A DNA stretch of 58,087 nt, taken from the NCBI GenBank assembly GCA_029261065.1, contig JAJDCB010000008.1, positions 1-58,087 of the forward strand, read 5' to 3'. The notes under the pieces are model-generated. The model was not told where the DNA came from. It ran no database searches and saw only the letters and a program-made list of their open reading frames with translations. The DNA is from Candidatus Omnitrophota bacterium (GTDB lineage Bacteria > Omnitrophota > Gorgyraeia > Zapsychrales > Zapsychraceae). Positions 30,562-40,338 of the stretch are shown one piece after another (positions within the stretch are counted from its first letter, which is position 1; the number at the start of each line of letters is the position of its first letter). Made by a program: the position numbers and the translations under genes.

Positions 30562-31040
30562 TTTACCACACCTCTCTTCAACGTTATTAGCTTTTTACCA
30601 TTGTTTAAAATAACCTTGTCAGTCTCGATGCTAACAATGGTAAAGTGCTTGATTTTATCTTTTATTTTATATATACCCTTTTTGTTATCCATCTTTAGTA
30701 GGGCCCTGTACTCATCATCTATCTTTGCTACACCTAAAAATTTTAATTTACTCACATCATAAATATCCAAATATTCCGTATTTAGAACGACAATCTCTTT
30801 AACCTCTGTATCTTTTTCAATAAGTGGTTTAAAAGGATCTCGCGAAACATCAATTTTGGTTGTCTCAGATTTAAGAATAATCTTGGCCAATTCGGGGCTC
30901 TTGATTTTTTCTATCTCAGGAGCTTTCTGCTCTTGATCTGCATTCATTCCCTTATAAGGCCAAGCAGCAATAATCTCATCACAACCACTCAAAGAAAATA
31001 CAGTCACACACATATATATTAATAAAGTTATCTTTCTCAT
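30558..31040 (-). CDS. pilP: PilP-like lipoprotein
   Basis: Lipobox LSGC; RDPFKP motif; LKFLGV..ALL; synteny between PilO and the secretin. Confidence 0.8.
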   Translation of the reverse strand: MRKITLLIYMCVTVFSLSGCDEIIAAWPYKGMNADQEQKAPEIEKIKSPELAKIILKSETTKIDVSRDPFKPLIEKDTEVKEIVVLNTEYLDIYDVSKLKFLGVAKIDDEYRALLKMDNKKGIYKIKDKIKHFTIVSIETDKVILNNGKKLITLKRGVVN

Positions 31041-31669
31041 CTTCGCTCCAAATCTTTCAATGTTTTAAAACTATAAATTTTTAACTTAAAATCACAACTC
31101 AATACAGGATATTTTTGATTCACGGCAATACGAACGTTACTAATCGTTAACAGCTGCTCAAAAGCTTCTAGATGAGCCAAAAAATCTATATAGGCAGCAT
31201 AAGCCCCTTCAACTTTGATCGAGATAGGCATAGCTGCTAGTGTTAAATTTCTTTCTATTTGCTCTTGTGATGTCAAAGTTTCATCTTCTGCTTTACGAGA
31301 TCCTCGCTGCACTTTTGATGATTGAGAGGAATGAGGAACAACAACCTCAGAGAATCCCTGCGTCTTCATATCCACAATACTAATGTCCGATCTTTTGGCA
31401 AAATCAGAGATCCCATCCAAAAAGGCAGGCACATCTTGTTCTGTAAATAAAATATTTTGAAAATCTTCTTTTTCTTTCTCATATAAAGCAATCGATCGTT
31501 TAATTTCAGAAATCTCATCTTTCAATTCACTTAAGTTTTCTTTCTTCTCTTTCCAATTTTTTCTCTCATTCACAAGGCCACGATAACTTTGCGTTATACT
31601 CAACACACCTGCAACCAAGACAAGAAAACACAACACCAAACACCATTTTTTAATTTTTAATTTACTCAT
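31037..31669 (-). CDS. pilO: PilO-like alignment protein
   Basis: N-terminal TM, coiled coil, MPISIKVEGAYAAYIDFLAHLE..LLTISNV; start moved to MSKLK. Confidence 0.82.
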   Translation of the reverse strand: MSKLKIKKWCLVLCFLVLVAGVLSITQSYRGLVNERKNWKEKKENLSELKDEISEIKRSIALYEKEKEDFQNILFTEQDVPAFLDGISDFAKRSDISIVDMKTQGFSEVVVPHSSQSSKVQRGSRKAEDETLTSQEQIERNLTLAAMPISIKVEGAYAAYIDFLAHLEAFEQLLTISNVRIAVNQKYPVLSCDFKLKIYSFKTLKDLERR

Positions 31670-33173
31670 CTTCCCCCACCTCACTTAACACATCCCCTTC
31701 TTCTTCCGCTCGTAAATTTGCTAAAATTCCAAAATTGTATAGTTTCAATTCCTTAACATGTTTTTCTTTTAAAAAATTAAATTTTCCTTTTTCCAAAATA
31801 GCAGATTCCTCAATCTTTCGAATAAGCTCTGAAATAGATTCCATCGCAAAAGCCTCACCCTTAATCACAGCCTTGCCCCCTTCACTAAACTGAAAAGATG
31901 TTAAGGCTAAGTCTTGTGGCAATTCGTTGGCTACTATTGAGAACACCTCAGACCAAGAGACTCGATTAAGCTCTTGGACATAAGTCGCTTGATCCAAAAG
32001 ACGCTGACGCACCTCCATATACTCTTCTTGCTTCTTAAATAAATCTTGAGTTTCCTTGTTTAACGTTACAATCTCATCAGACATAATAATCGTTTCTTCT
32101 TTTAGTGTTTTCGTTTCTTGCTTATATTGCGTGTAATAATGTTGAAACAAGCCACCTGTCACACCTAAAAATATCGCTGTTACCAATGCCATTTTAACAA
32201 GATACTTCTTTATCTGATAACCCCTGAAAAAATGATTAAGCTGAAAATCTCCCTTAATATTATTAATGGCCATTAAAACGGGCGTTAAAGCAATGTTATA
32301 AATTGGATTTAGATATTCGTCTTCTTTTGCTGTAATATTTTTGATCTTATTTAAAAATAACGATTCGACTTGAAGACCTAGGTCATCTGACAATCGCTGA
32401 TCCAGATGATTAATAGACGCTTTATCCCAAATAAGAAGCAAACGGCTAAGTTGAAAACCTGTATTATCTAGGAGAAATGATTTTAAAACGCGTCTAAACT
32501 CGGCAATCCAACCAGAGAGAACCTGATCTTTTGCCATTTGGGTAGGTGCGGCCATATAACTTTCAAGGCCGGAAGAAATTTTGTAGAATAATTTGTATTT
32601 TTTATTCTCAACAATAGCCAAATAACTTTGTTGATCATGAACAACTAAAACTGCTTGAGCCTCTTTAGTTGAATTCTGCGTTAAAGAAGCGACTTCCTTA
32701 ATATTAAGCGGAGCTAAATCAAAATGCTTAAATTCCAATTTAGTCTGCTTAATATCATGAAACAAATAATCAAGAACTTTGCGCCCAATAGCAGCAAAGA
32801 TGACTTTATTTTTTAATTTTGAAATAGGATAACATTCATAGATAAAATCAAAGTTGCGTTGAAAGAAGATCGGAATCTTTTCAATTTCACCTGAGACAGC
32901 CTCCTCCACTTCAATGGCTGACATCTTAGGGATATTAACCTGATGAATAACAACATCCCTTTTGGTGATCGCAACAAAGATTTTCTTAGGGAAAATTTCT
33001 TCCCGCTCAATCAAATCTTTGATTGTCTTTGTTAGGATGCCACCAGCAGGCAAGCTGTTTTCAATATCCAGCTTACCTGCTTTCATGACACAGTAATTAC
33101 CTTTATACCTAACAAGGTAGACGAAGCGTATCGCCTTACCCCCTATATCTAGTCCTAGTAATCCTTTACTCAT
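31662..33173 (-). CDS. pilMN: Fused PilM-PilN protein
   Basis: N-terminal GLDIG actin-like start; central TM; C-terminal SWSEVFSIVANELPQDLALTSF..IKGEA PilN domain; start moved to MSKGLLG (SD GAGG). Confidence 0.8.
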   Translation of the reverse strand: MSKGLLGLDIGGKAIRFVYLVRYKGNYCVMKAGKLDIENSLPAGGILTKTIKDLIEREEIFPKKIFVAITKRDVVIHQVNIPKMSAIEVEEAVSGEIEKIPIFFQRNFDFIYECYPISKLKNKVIFAAIGRKVLDYLFHDIKQTKLEFKHFDLAPLNIKEVASLTQNSTKEAQAVLVVHDQQSYLAIVENKKYKLFYKISSGLESYMAAPTQMAKDQVLSGWIAEFRRVLKSFLLDNTGFQLSRLLLIWDKASINHLDQRLSDDLGLQVESLFLNKIKNITAKEDEYLNPIYNIALTPVLMAINNIKGDFQLNHFFRGYQIKKYLVKMALVTAIFLGVTGGLFQHYYTQYKQETKTLKEETIIMSDEIVTLNKETQDLFKKQEEYMEVRQRLLDQATYVQELNRVSWSEVFSIVANELPQDLALTSFQFSEGGKAVIKGEAFAMESISELIRKIEESAILEKGKFNFLKEKHVKELKLYNFGILANLRAEEEGDVLSEVGEDE

Positions 33174-33201
33174 TAAATATCCTCGATAAACTCTTTTTAA
33201 T

Positions 33202-33591
33202 TTAGTCCACTGCTTGTGCAGGTGGAAATGCAAGTAAAGCACCATCCGTTGTAGGCACTGATGTTCCTCCTGAATGAGTTACTGTGATAATACCAGTTGT
33301 CTCATTTACATCCATATCATAAGTTCCTAGAAAGGGTGATGCTGGCGTCGTTTCTAAGTAACGTTCAGCTGCAGCCTCTAACTTAGTCACTTCATTACAA
33401 TCTCCCCAAATTCTTCGATCTGTAAAACAAACTAAAGCTGCCTCTTGGATAGTCCTAAAATGACTGTTATGTGCATCAATTCTTGCACTTTGAATAGCCC
33501 TAAAAGCGTTAGGCAAAATAATGGCAAGTAATACCCCGATAATAATGATAACGATAAGTAACTCTGTAAGTGTAAATCCTTTTTTCTTCAT
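33202..33591 (-). CDS. Major type IV pilin / pseudopilin
   Basis: KKKG|FTLTELLIVIIIIGVLLAIILP canonical class III signal with Glu5. Confidence 0.92.
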   Translation of the reverse strand: MKKKGFTLTELLIVIIIIGVLLAIILPNAFRAIQSARIDAHNSHFRTIQEAALVCFTDRRIWGDCNEVTKLEAAAERYLETTPASPFLGTYDMDVNETTGIITVTHSGGTSVPTTDGALLAFPPAQAVD

Positions 33592-33945
33592 GTTTGTCTC
33601 TCCCTTAACTTTTTATTATTTATTTTTGTCTTTCTATGATATAACTTCTAACCCAAATCCATAACTATTTGAAATTAAACAGCTTATAAATTCTTCCTTA
33701 AAAAGTCATAACTTATTCAAATATATGTATTTGGAGTTTAGAAGGGTTGCTGTATTGAGAAAATTCAACATTTTGATGTGTTTGATAAACACGCCCCCAC
33801 TCATTTTTCTCAATGACGACTAAGAACAACATGTTTAAAGGCTTTTTTAAGCCCTTATTTGCTTAAAACCACACGTAAAGCCCATATTATTCTCAAGATC
33901 TATTAAAAAGAACACCTTTTCTAACGTTTCCTTACCCATACTAGT

Positions 33946-33991
33946 AGCCAAAACTATGCCAAACTATGACATATATGAGCATATTCTCAAA
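33946..33991 (-). promoter_or_regulatory. Sigma-54-like -24/-12 element next to a copy of the DUF134-type palindrome
   Basis: Minus strand TTGGCATAGTTTTGGCT (33946-33962; GG-N10-GC, one mismatch in -12) and TGAGCATATTCTCA (33976-33989). Confidence 0.35.
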
Positions 33992-34007
33992 AAGATTGCC
34001 TCTATTG

Positions 34008-35210
34008 TTAGAACGCCAAAGCATCCCAAATTGAGATAATAGGCAAATAGATGGCAATAAGCGTTAAAAGAACAATGATTCCTACAACGGCGATAAGGGC
34101 AGGTTCGATAACGGTAAAAAACTTATTTTGTCGATATTCGACCTCTTCATCAAAATGTGCGGCCAAGTGATCAAGAATTTTAACAATTTGACCACTAGAC
34201 TCTCCTACTCCAATCATCTCAATAAGCATAACGGGAAACATAGAAATATTTTGAAAAGAATCATAAAGAGAAGCCCCTTGCTCAACCTTTTTTTGCACTT
34301 GATCAATACTTGTCACAATGCGTTGATTTCCTGTGGTTGATTTTGAGACTTCAAAACTTTCTACAATCGGAAGGCCCGCTCCAATTAACAAATTTAAAGA
34401 ATGAACGAATCGACTTAAACATAAAAAATAAATAATCTTTCCCCAAACAGGAATCTTCATCTTCCACTCATCAACAGCATAAGAAACCTTCGGTCTATGG
34501 CGCAAAAGTTTGTAAATAAAAACTAAAAGGACAACAGTGATAAGAGATAATAAAATAAAGTATGGAGAAAATATTGTGTTGGATATCGATAAAATAAAAT
34601 TAGTGTACCAAGGAAGAGGCACATTCATCTGTAATAATACCTTCTCAAATGTCGGGACAACAAAAGCAAACAAAACAAAAACAACAACAACTGTAAAACC
34701 AATAACAATCATCGGATACAGGGTTGCTTTCTCCGTTCTTGTTTTAATATAACGCTGATACTCCAAATAAGACGTCAGCTTACGTAAAATAGCAACCAAC
34801 CCCCCAGCCTTCTCTGCCACACGGACCATAGCTCTATACATAATGGGAAACATCCTAGGGAAATCATCTAACGCCTCAGCAATTCCCTTTCCACCTTCTA
34901 AGCTCTGGCGAATATGACTAATAACCAACTGCATGGATCTATCTTCTGTCTGACGCCATAAGATATGCATGGCCGTTAAAATGGGGATGCCTGATTCGAT
35001 TAACGCGGTTAAGCGCCGTGTAAACATTAACAGCCCTTCAAGCGTCGTCTTTTGGCGGAAAATTTCATCCCTATTTGCCTTCTTGGCAGATGCAAAGAAA
35101 AACTTTGAATGCTTCAATTTCCCTTTTAAGTCTTGCTTATTTTTCGCATCAACAAAACCATAAAGAGACTTTCCCGATTCATCTTTTAATTTATAAACAT
35201 AGGTTTTCAT
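34008..35210 (-). CDS. pilC: PilC/GspF platform protein
   Basis: FTRRLTALIESGIP, AEKAGGL, LYPMIV, MIGVGESSG, IEPALI, IYLPI. Confidence 0.93.
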   Translation of the reverse strand: MKTYVYKLKDESGKSLYGFVDAKNKQDLKGKLKHSKFFFASAKKANRDEIFRQKTTLEGLLMFTRRLTALIESGIPILTAMHILWRQTEDRSMQLVISHIRQSLEGGKGIAEALDDFPRMFPIMYRAMVRVAEKAGGLVAILRKLTSYLEYQRYIKTRTEKATLYPMIVIGFTVVVVFVLFAFVVPTFEKVLLQMNVPLPWYTNFILSISNTIFSPYFILLSLITVVLLVFIYKLLRHRPKVSYAVDEWKMKIPVWGKIIYFLCLSRFVHSLNLLIGAGLPIVESFEVSKSTTGNQRIVTSIDQVQKKVEQGASLYDSFQNISMFPVMLIEMIGVGESSGQIVKILDHLAAHFDEEVEYRQNKFFTVIEPALIAVVGIIVLLTLIAIYLPIISIWDALAF

Positions 35211-35307
35211 AGTAATTCTAGTTCTTTTTTATAATATTATTTGGACTTTTCTGGGATGGAAACATTGACCACAAATACAATGCTTTAGAAGTTTTTTAAA
35301 AAATCTT

Positions 35308-36954
35308 CTATGTATCTATAGAGGTAATATGTAAGATCTCTTCTAACGAAGTCTTCTTCTCCACAACCTTGCTCATTCCAGCCATCTTAAGTGTCTTCAT
35401 ACCATTGCGGGTTGCCGCATCAAGTAACTCTTTTTCCGTTGCATTCTTTAGAATGAGCGCACGTATTTCATCGTTCACACTCACAATTTCATAAATGGCC
35501 TCTCGACCAGAAAAACCTGTATAAGAACAAGCCTCGCAGCCCGTCGCCTTACACAATTCTTTAAATTCAATTGTTCCCATTTCTTTTTTGATACTCTCCA
35601 TCATCGCTTCATCAGGAACAAAACTCTTCTTACAATGCAAACAAAGCTTTCGCGTTAATCGTTGCGCCATAACACCACACACAGCAGAACTCACCAAAAA
35701 CGGCTCTATATCCATCTCCAATAATCGCGTAATAGCACCAGAGGCTGTATTTGTATGCATAGTCGCTAAAACCAAATGACCTGTTAAAGCGGCACGAATA
35801 GCCGTTTCTGCTGTCTCCACATCTCTAATTTCTCCAATCATAATGATATCCGGATCATGCCGCAAAATATGTCTAATGGAGGTTGAGAATGTATAACCAA
35901 GCATGTTATTAACGGATGTTTGGTTGATCCCTTTAATTTCATATTCAATGGGTTCTTCAACAGAAATTATATTTTTAGATGTTTGATTAAGCTTATTAAG
36001 CATAGAATACAAACTCGTTGTCTTTCCAGCTCCTGTTGGCCCAGTTACAAGTATAAGTCCATAAGGCCTGTGCATTAAATTTTCTAAAACCTTAGAATCC
36101 CTCTCCTCCATTCCAAGAGTTGAGAAATCACGATTAACAAATGTTTTTGTCAAAATCCTTAAAACCATATTCTCACCAATCTGTGTGGGAAGCGTTGCTA
36201 TACGTAAATCATATTCTTCATAACCATTTGAAAAGGATGTTCGGCCATCTTGTGGACGTCTTGACTCAGCCACATCCATACCTGAGATAATTTTGATACG
36301 TGATAAGACATTGCGTTCTAACATTTTATCAATCGGTGAGCGCTCATATAACACACCATCAATGCGAAAACGTACGCGCATGTTATCTCTTTGAGGCTCC
36401 AAATGGATATCAGAGGCATTCTCTTTAATAGCTTTACGTATGATCGTATCAACCAAATTGGTTACAGCCGTCTCCGCTGATTGAACCACTTTAGTCTGAT
36501 TAACAGCGTTGACATCTAGTAGGGTATCAAAATGCTCTTTAATAGTACCGTTTATATCCCTTAAGCTAGCCATAACTGGATAAATCGTATAACCACATTT
36601 ATATTGAATATCTTGAAGAGCCCCTACATCTAAGGGGTTATTGGTGGCGAGCGTTAAATTATTGCCTTCTAATTTAACAGGTAAAACTTTGTACGTTTGC
36701 ATTAATTCTGGAGAGATAATATTTAAGACATTTTGATCAATATGTTGATCTTTAAGGCGCATAAAAGGTAATTGGTAAAGCCGTGCTAACATCTCCGTTA
36801 ATGTAAGGTCATCAATCACACCTTTATCCACGAGGACCTCTCCCAGGCGGCAATCATTGATCTTCTGAAGTTCTAACGCCTCATCTAGCTGTTCGTTGGC
36901 AATAAGACCTTCCTTAACCAAATATTCCCCAATTTTCATCTGTTTTTCATTCAT
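35308..36954 (-). CDS. pilB: PilB/GspE assembly ATPase
   Basis: ASDIHLEP, RRPQDGR, Walker A GPTGAGKTT, RHDPDIIMIGEIRD, TGHLV..TMHTN, two CxxC zinc motifs. Confidence 0.95.
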   Translation of the reverse strand: MNEKQMKIGEYLVKEGLIANEQLDEALELQKINDCRLGEVLVDKGVIDDLTLTEMLARLYQLPFMRLKDQHIDQNVLNIISPELMQTYKVLPVKLEGNNLTLATNNPLDVGALQDIQYKCGYTIYPVMASLRDINGTIKEHFDTLLDVNAVNQTKVVQSAETAVTNLVDTIIRKAIKENASDIHLEPQRDNMRVRFRIDGVLYERSPIDKMLERNVLSRIKIISGMDVAESRRPQDGRTSFSNGYEEYDLRIATLPTQIGENMVLRILTKTFVNRDFSTLGMEERDSKVLENLMHRPYGLILVTGPTGAGKTTSLYSMLNKLNQTSKNIISVEEPIEYEIKGINQTSVNNMLGYTFSTSIRHILRHDPDIIMIGEIRDVETAETAIRAALTGHLVLATMHTNTASGAITRLLEMDIEPFLVSSAVCGVMAQRLTRKLCLHCKKSFVPDEAMMESIKKEMGTIEFKELCKATGCEACSYTGFSGREAIYEIVSVNDEIRALILKNATEKELLDAATRNGMKTLKMAGMSKVVEKKTSLEEILHITSIDT

Positions 36955-37009
36955 TTGTTAAAAATAGCCTTAAAAGATGTATTTTTTGTAATTTAAAAAA
37001 CTCATACTA

Positions 37010-37039
37010 AGTATGCCCTATATCCCCTTTATTGTCAAC
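37010..37039 (-). promoter_or_regulatory. Sigma-70-type promoter upstream of pilB
   Basis: Minus strand TTGACA-N18-CATACT. Confidence 0.55.
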
Positions 37040-37060
37040 ATTATGTGAAATAGGCGCATT

Positions 37061-37903
37061 TTACACAAAAATGTTCATTTTTTGAGCGTTTTTTCTATAT
37101 TTAAAAAGTTTATCAAAAAATTGCTCATCAATATGATCACTAAAAAGACTCATAAAGTCTTTCATGTATTTAATTTTATTCTCAAGGATTCTATCTTTTA
37201 TCGCCCATTTATGCATAAGTTTATGTTGTGATTCAACCATCAGACAGGCAAATATTTCCGCCTTATCTTCTTTCATGGCTGTCATGGAATATGGGGAGAC
37301 AAAACCGGCTTCCTGAGAACTATATTTTAAATCTGTACGCGCATTTTTTCCAAATTCCTCTAGGTGTCCATATTTAAAACCCTCTGGATTAAATTTCATC
37401 CATTTAAGGTCTTGCCAGCCTCTCCTTCCTATCGCTTCATATTCAATAAAATGATATATTTCATGATGAATATTATGCTGTTGCGCAATCTTTCTGCCCT
37501 GGCTTCTTAAAAAGTCCATATAAATCATTTTAGTCTTATAATCATAAATCCCCTCGGCTGGATTTTCTTTATTAAACATTGTTTTAACTAAAACAATGCC
37601 CTTTAACCGTCCATCAACAAAAAACTTCTTAGGATATTTTTGAATTTCTTCTTCAAACAATAATAAATATCGCAAAAGAATTTTATATTCTTTAGGCTCA
37701 GCAAATTGAAAACGGGGTTTACGCATGTTTGGATTTAAAGCATCTTGATAGATTACACGAAAATGATAATTGTTAAAAATTCTCTCAATAACAAAATCTA
37801 TGCTTTTAAGATACTTTTCTTTAGACACAGCAGCATTGGCCATTGAAGATGCCGCAATTAATAGACCAATGAATACAACAATTGATAAAAAAAGCTTTTT
37901 CAT
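37061..37903 (-). CDS. Exported putative zinc metallopeptidase
   Basis: Signal peptide; HExxH (HHEIYH) and downstream PYSM...EDKAEIF. Confidence 0.7.
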   Translation of the reverse strand: MKKLFLSIVVFIGLLIAASSMANAAVSKEKYLKSIDFVIERIFNNYHFRVIYQDALNPNMRKPRFQFAEPKEYKILLRYLLLFEEEIQKYPKKFFVDGRLKGIVLVKTMFNKENPAEGIYDYKTKMIYMDFLRSQGRKIAQQHNIHHEIYHFIEYEAIGRRGWQDLKWMKFNPEGFKYGHLEEFGKNARTDLKYSSQEAGFVSPYSMTAMKEDKAEIFACLMVESQHKLMHKWAIKDRILENKIKYMKDFMSLFSDHIDEQFFDKLFKYRKNAQKMNIFV

Positions 37904-37917
37904 AGATACAAATAGGT

Positions 37918-38925
37918 TTATAAGGCTGATGAGAGTAACTTGGAGAGATATTTGAGGTTTTCTAAATTTTCATCAATCTTATCGTTATTTTCTTTCGTAT
38001 GCAAATTTAAAATTCCAAAAACATGATCCTTCGAAACTAACGGCATCACAAGAGAATGTTTGATTTCTGAACGCTTTAAAAATGGCTTTATACGATTATC
38101 CGCCTGATCTCCTCGAATTAAAAAAGGCGTGTTTTCTAAAGCAGCTAATCCCGCAATACCTTCACCCAACTTCAAATGAACGTTATCAATATTTCCAGAA
38201 TTTAGCCCACGTGACGCCTTAACACTTAAATGATCTCCGTCCGCGTCAAGAACCATAATAGAGCCACATTCTGTTTGAGTTATTTTTAATGCAATATCAA
38301 GAAGCGTGATTAACATCTCATCAAGTTGCACTTCAGAGTACAAATCATGCGCAAAATCTTTAAATTCTTGAGTGATTTCATTCTGACCAACCTTTAATTG
38401 ATCCAACTCCTTATCCTTTAACGTTAAGTCAACACTATCACGTACTATGACGGATAATAAATCTAGGATAGAGTTCATCATCACATTTGAAACAATTCTA
38501 ATTTCATTGATACCATCAATTAATTGGGTGCTATCAACATTGTACTTTTCTGCCAATATTTTATACTGCTCGACATCACTTTTTCGATTTAAAATAACTG
38601 GCCCAACAATAACGTAGGCGACGGTATGTTTATCATTAAGCTCAATAGGAATAGCGTAAGAAAACAGATCAAATCTATTTCGAGCCTCTAGATACTTTCC
38701 CTGAGGAAAAAATTTTTCGATAGACAACGATAGGTTGGGAATTAGGTCAAACCCTAATTCTTCTTTGGCAAGAAATCGGCCTCCATATTTGCTCTCCTCT
38801 GGAGGAAGAATGATTTGCGATTTTTCATCAACAATATAAAGATTGATACGTAACACGTCGATAAAGCGTGATAGCATATCCCACCATTTATCTTTATTTT
38901 CAAATACGCGCTTAGTATGTTCCAT
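37918..38925 (-). CDS. PocR sensory domain plus GAF domain protein, no output domain
   Basis: SYAIPI..VIVGPVIL PocR-like segment; GSIMVL..LGEGIAG..SLVMPL..VFGILNL GAF domain; stop codon directly after GAF. Confidence 0.75.
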   Translation of the reverse strand: MEHTKRVFENKDKWWDMLSRFIDVLRINLYIVDEKSQIILPPEESKYGGRFLAKEELGFDLIPNLSLSIEKFFPQGKYLEARNRFDLFSYAIPIELNDKHTVAYVIVGPVILNRKSDVEQYKILAEKYNVDSTQLIDGINEIRIVSNVMMNSILDLLSVIVRDSVDLTLKDKELDQLKVGQNEITQEFKDFAHDLYSEVQLDEMLITLLDIALKITQTECGSIMVLDADGDHLSVKASRGLNSGNIDNVHLKLGEGIAGLAALENTPFLIRGDQADNRIKPFLKRSEIKHSLVMPLVSKDHVFGILNLHTKENNDKIDENLENLKYLSKLLSSAL

Positions 38926-38952
38926 TAAAATACTTTCCTGTTTTACAAAGGG

Positions 38953-40338
38953 TCACTTATCAAGAATGTCGTATTTCTTCATCTTATTATACAAAGTTGT
39001 TCTATTGATACCCAATGTAGCAGCGGCTTTATTTCGATTCCAATTACAATCATTGAGAATAGAAATAATATGTTCTTTCTCTGGTTGCTCAACAACCTTT
39101 TTTAAAGACTTTTCATCACGAGTTGAACTAACTGGTGATTTTTCAAATTTAGCTAAACTGGGAACATCCCACTTATTAGCGATTTCGGTCTTAGCCATGA
39201 TAACAGCACCTTCAACAGCATTCTCTAACTCTCTGATATTTCCAGGCCATGTATAATCAAGAAACAATTTCTTTACCTCATTAGAAATAGAAGTTACTTT
39301 CTTCTTATTATCATGACTATATTTTTCTAAATAAAAATTAACAATTGACTCAATGTCTTCTCGTCTCTCACGAAGAGGAGGCATTTGAATGCTAATGACA
39401 TTAATACGATAATAAAGGTCTTCTCTAAAGTCACCCTTCTCAACTAATTGGGCTAAATCTTGATTGGTAGCCACAATAATCCGCGCATCTGCTTTTCGGG
39501 TAACGTTATCACCAACGCGTTCGAAAACGCCATCTTGTAGAACACGTAACAACTTAACTTGTAAACCTAATGAAAAAGCATCAATTTCATCAAGAAATAT
39601 AGTTCCTCCGTCGGCAAATTCAAAACGCCCTTCTTTATCTTTAATGGCTCCAGTAAAAGCACCTTTCACATGACCAAAAAGTTCGCTTTCCAATAATGTC
39701 TCAGAGATAGCTCCACAGCTAATTTCTACAAACGGCTTATTTCTACGATGAACATCTGTTTGATGAATGGCACGTGCAACCAATCCCTTTCCAGTACCAC
39801 TCTCTCCTGTAATATGTATCGTTGCGTTTGTACTAGCAACAGAATCAATAATGTTATAGACACTTTGAATTTTATGAGAAGATCCAATCATGTCACAAAA
39901 TGATGGTCTTTGATTCTTAGCAATTAGCTCCTTAAGGGCTTTATTTTCTTCCAAGATTTTTTTCTTATCGGCAATTTTTTGAATAACAATCTTAATTTCA
40001 TTATCATTGATAGGTTTTGTAATGTAATCAAAAGCCCCTTTTTTCATAGCTTCAACAGCAGATTCGATAGAACCGTAGCCTGTAATTAATATGACTTCTA
40101 TTTCGTCATAAGTATTTTTAATTTCTTCTAATAACTGCAAACCCGTCATTTTAGGCAGCTTAAAATCTGTTACAACAATATCAACAGGATTCTTTTTTAA
40201 TTGCTCTAAGGCATCTTCAGCGCTTGGGGCCATTTGAACACGATAACCTTCTATACGTAGAATTTCATATAAAGATTCTCGGATTAAAGGTTCATCATCG
40301 ACAATTAAAATTTGAAATTGACTATTCTGCTCATTCAT
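38953..40338 (-). CDS. Sigma-54-dependent response regulator (NtrC family, PrsR-like role inferred)
   Basis: Receiver ILIVDDE..VTDFK; GESGTGK; GAFTGA; FLDEI; WPGNIRELEN; Fis-type HTH. Start placed at MNEQ. Confidence 0.95.
   Translation of the reverse strand: MNEQNSQFQILIVDDEPLIRESLYEILRIEGYRVQMAPSAEDALEQLKKNPVDIVVTDFKLPKMTGLQLLEEIKNTYDEIEVILITGYGSIESAVEAMKKGAFDYITKPINDNEIKIVIQKIADKKKILEENKALKELIAKNQRPSFCDMIGSSHKIQSVYNIIDSVASTNATIHITGESGTGKGLVARAIHQTDVHRRNKPFVEISCGAISETLLESELFGHVKGAFTGAIKDKEGRFEFADGGTIFLDEIDAFSLGLQVKLLRVLQDGVFERVGDNVTRKADARIIVATNQDLAQLVEKGDFREDLYYRINVISIQMPPLRERREDIESIVNFYLEKYSHDNKKKVTSISNEVKKLFLDYTWPGNIRELENAVEGAVIMAKTEIANKWDVPSLAKFEKSPVSSTRDEKSLKKVVEQPEKEHIISILNDCNWNRNKAAATLGINRTTLYNKMKKYDILDK

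Noticed and set aside
33202-33591. Electrically conductive (e-pilin) type
   Set aside because: The mature pilin is ~124 aa with only about 9 aromatic residues, not the short aromatic-dense Geobacter type.
33592-33945. c-di-GMP riboswitch in the pilin leader
   Set aside because: No GCAAA(C)/GNRA-receptor pattern of class I and no class II core could be seen on the minus strand.
37023-37063. CAACAT-T-ATGT upstream of pilB as another enhancer pair
   Set aside because: Only the junction resembles the 46065-46105 sites; the outer half-sites are absent and the core is explained by the TTGACA -35 box.
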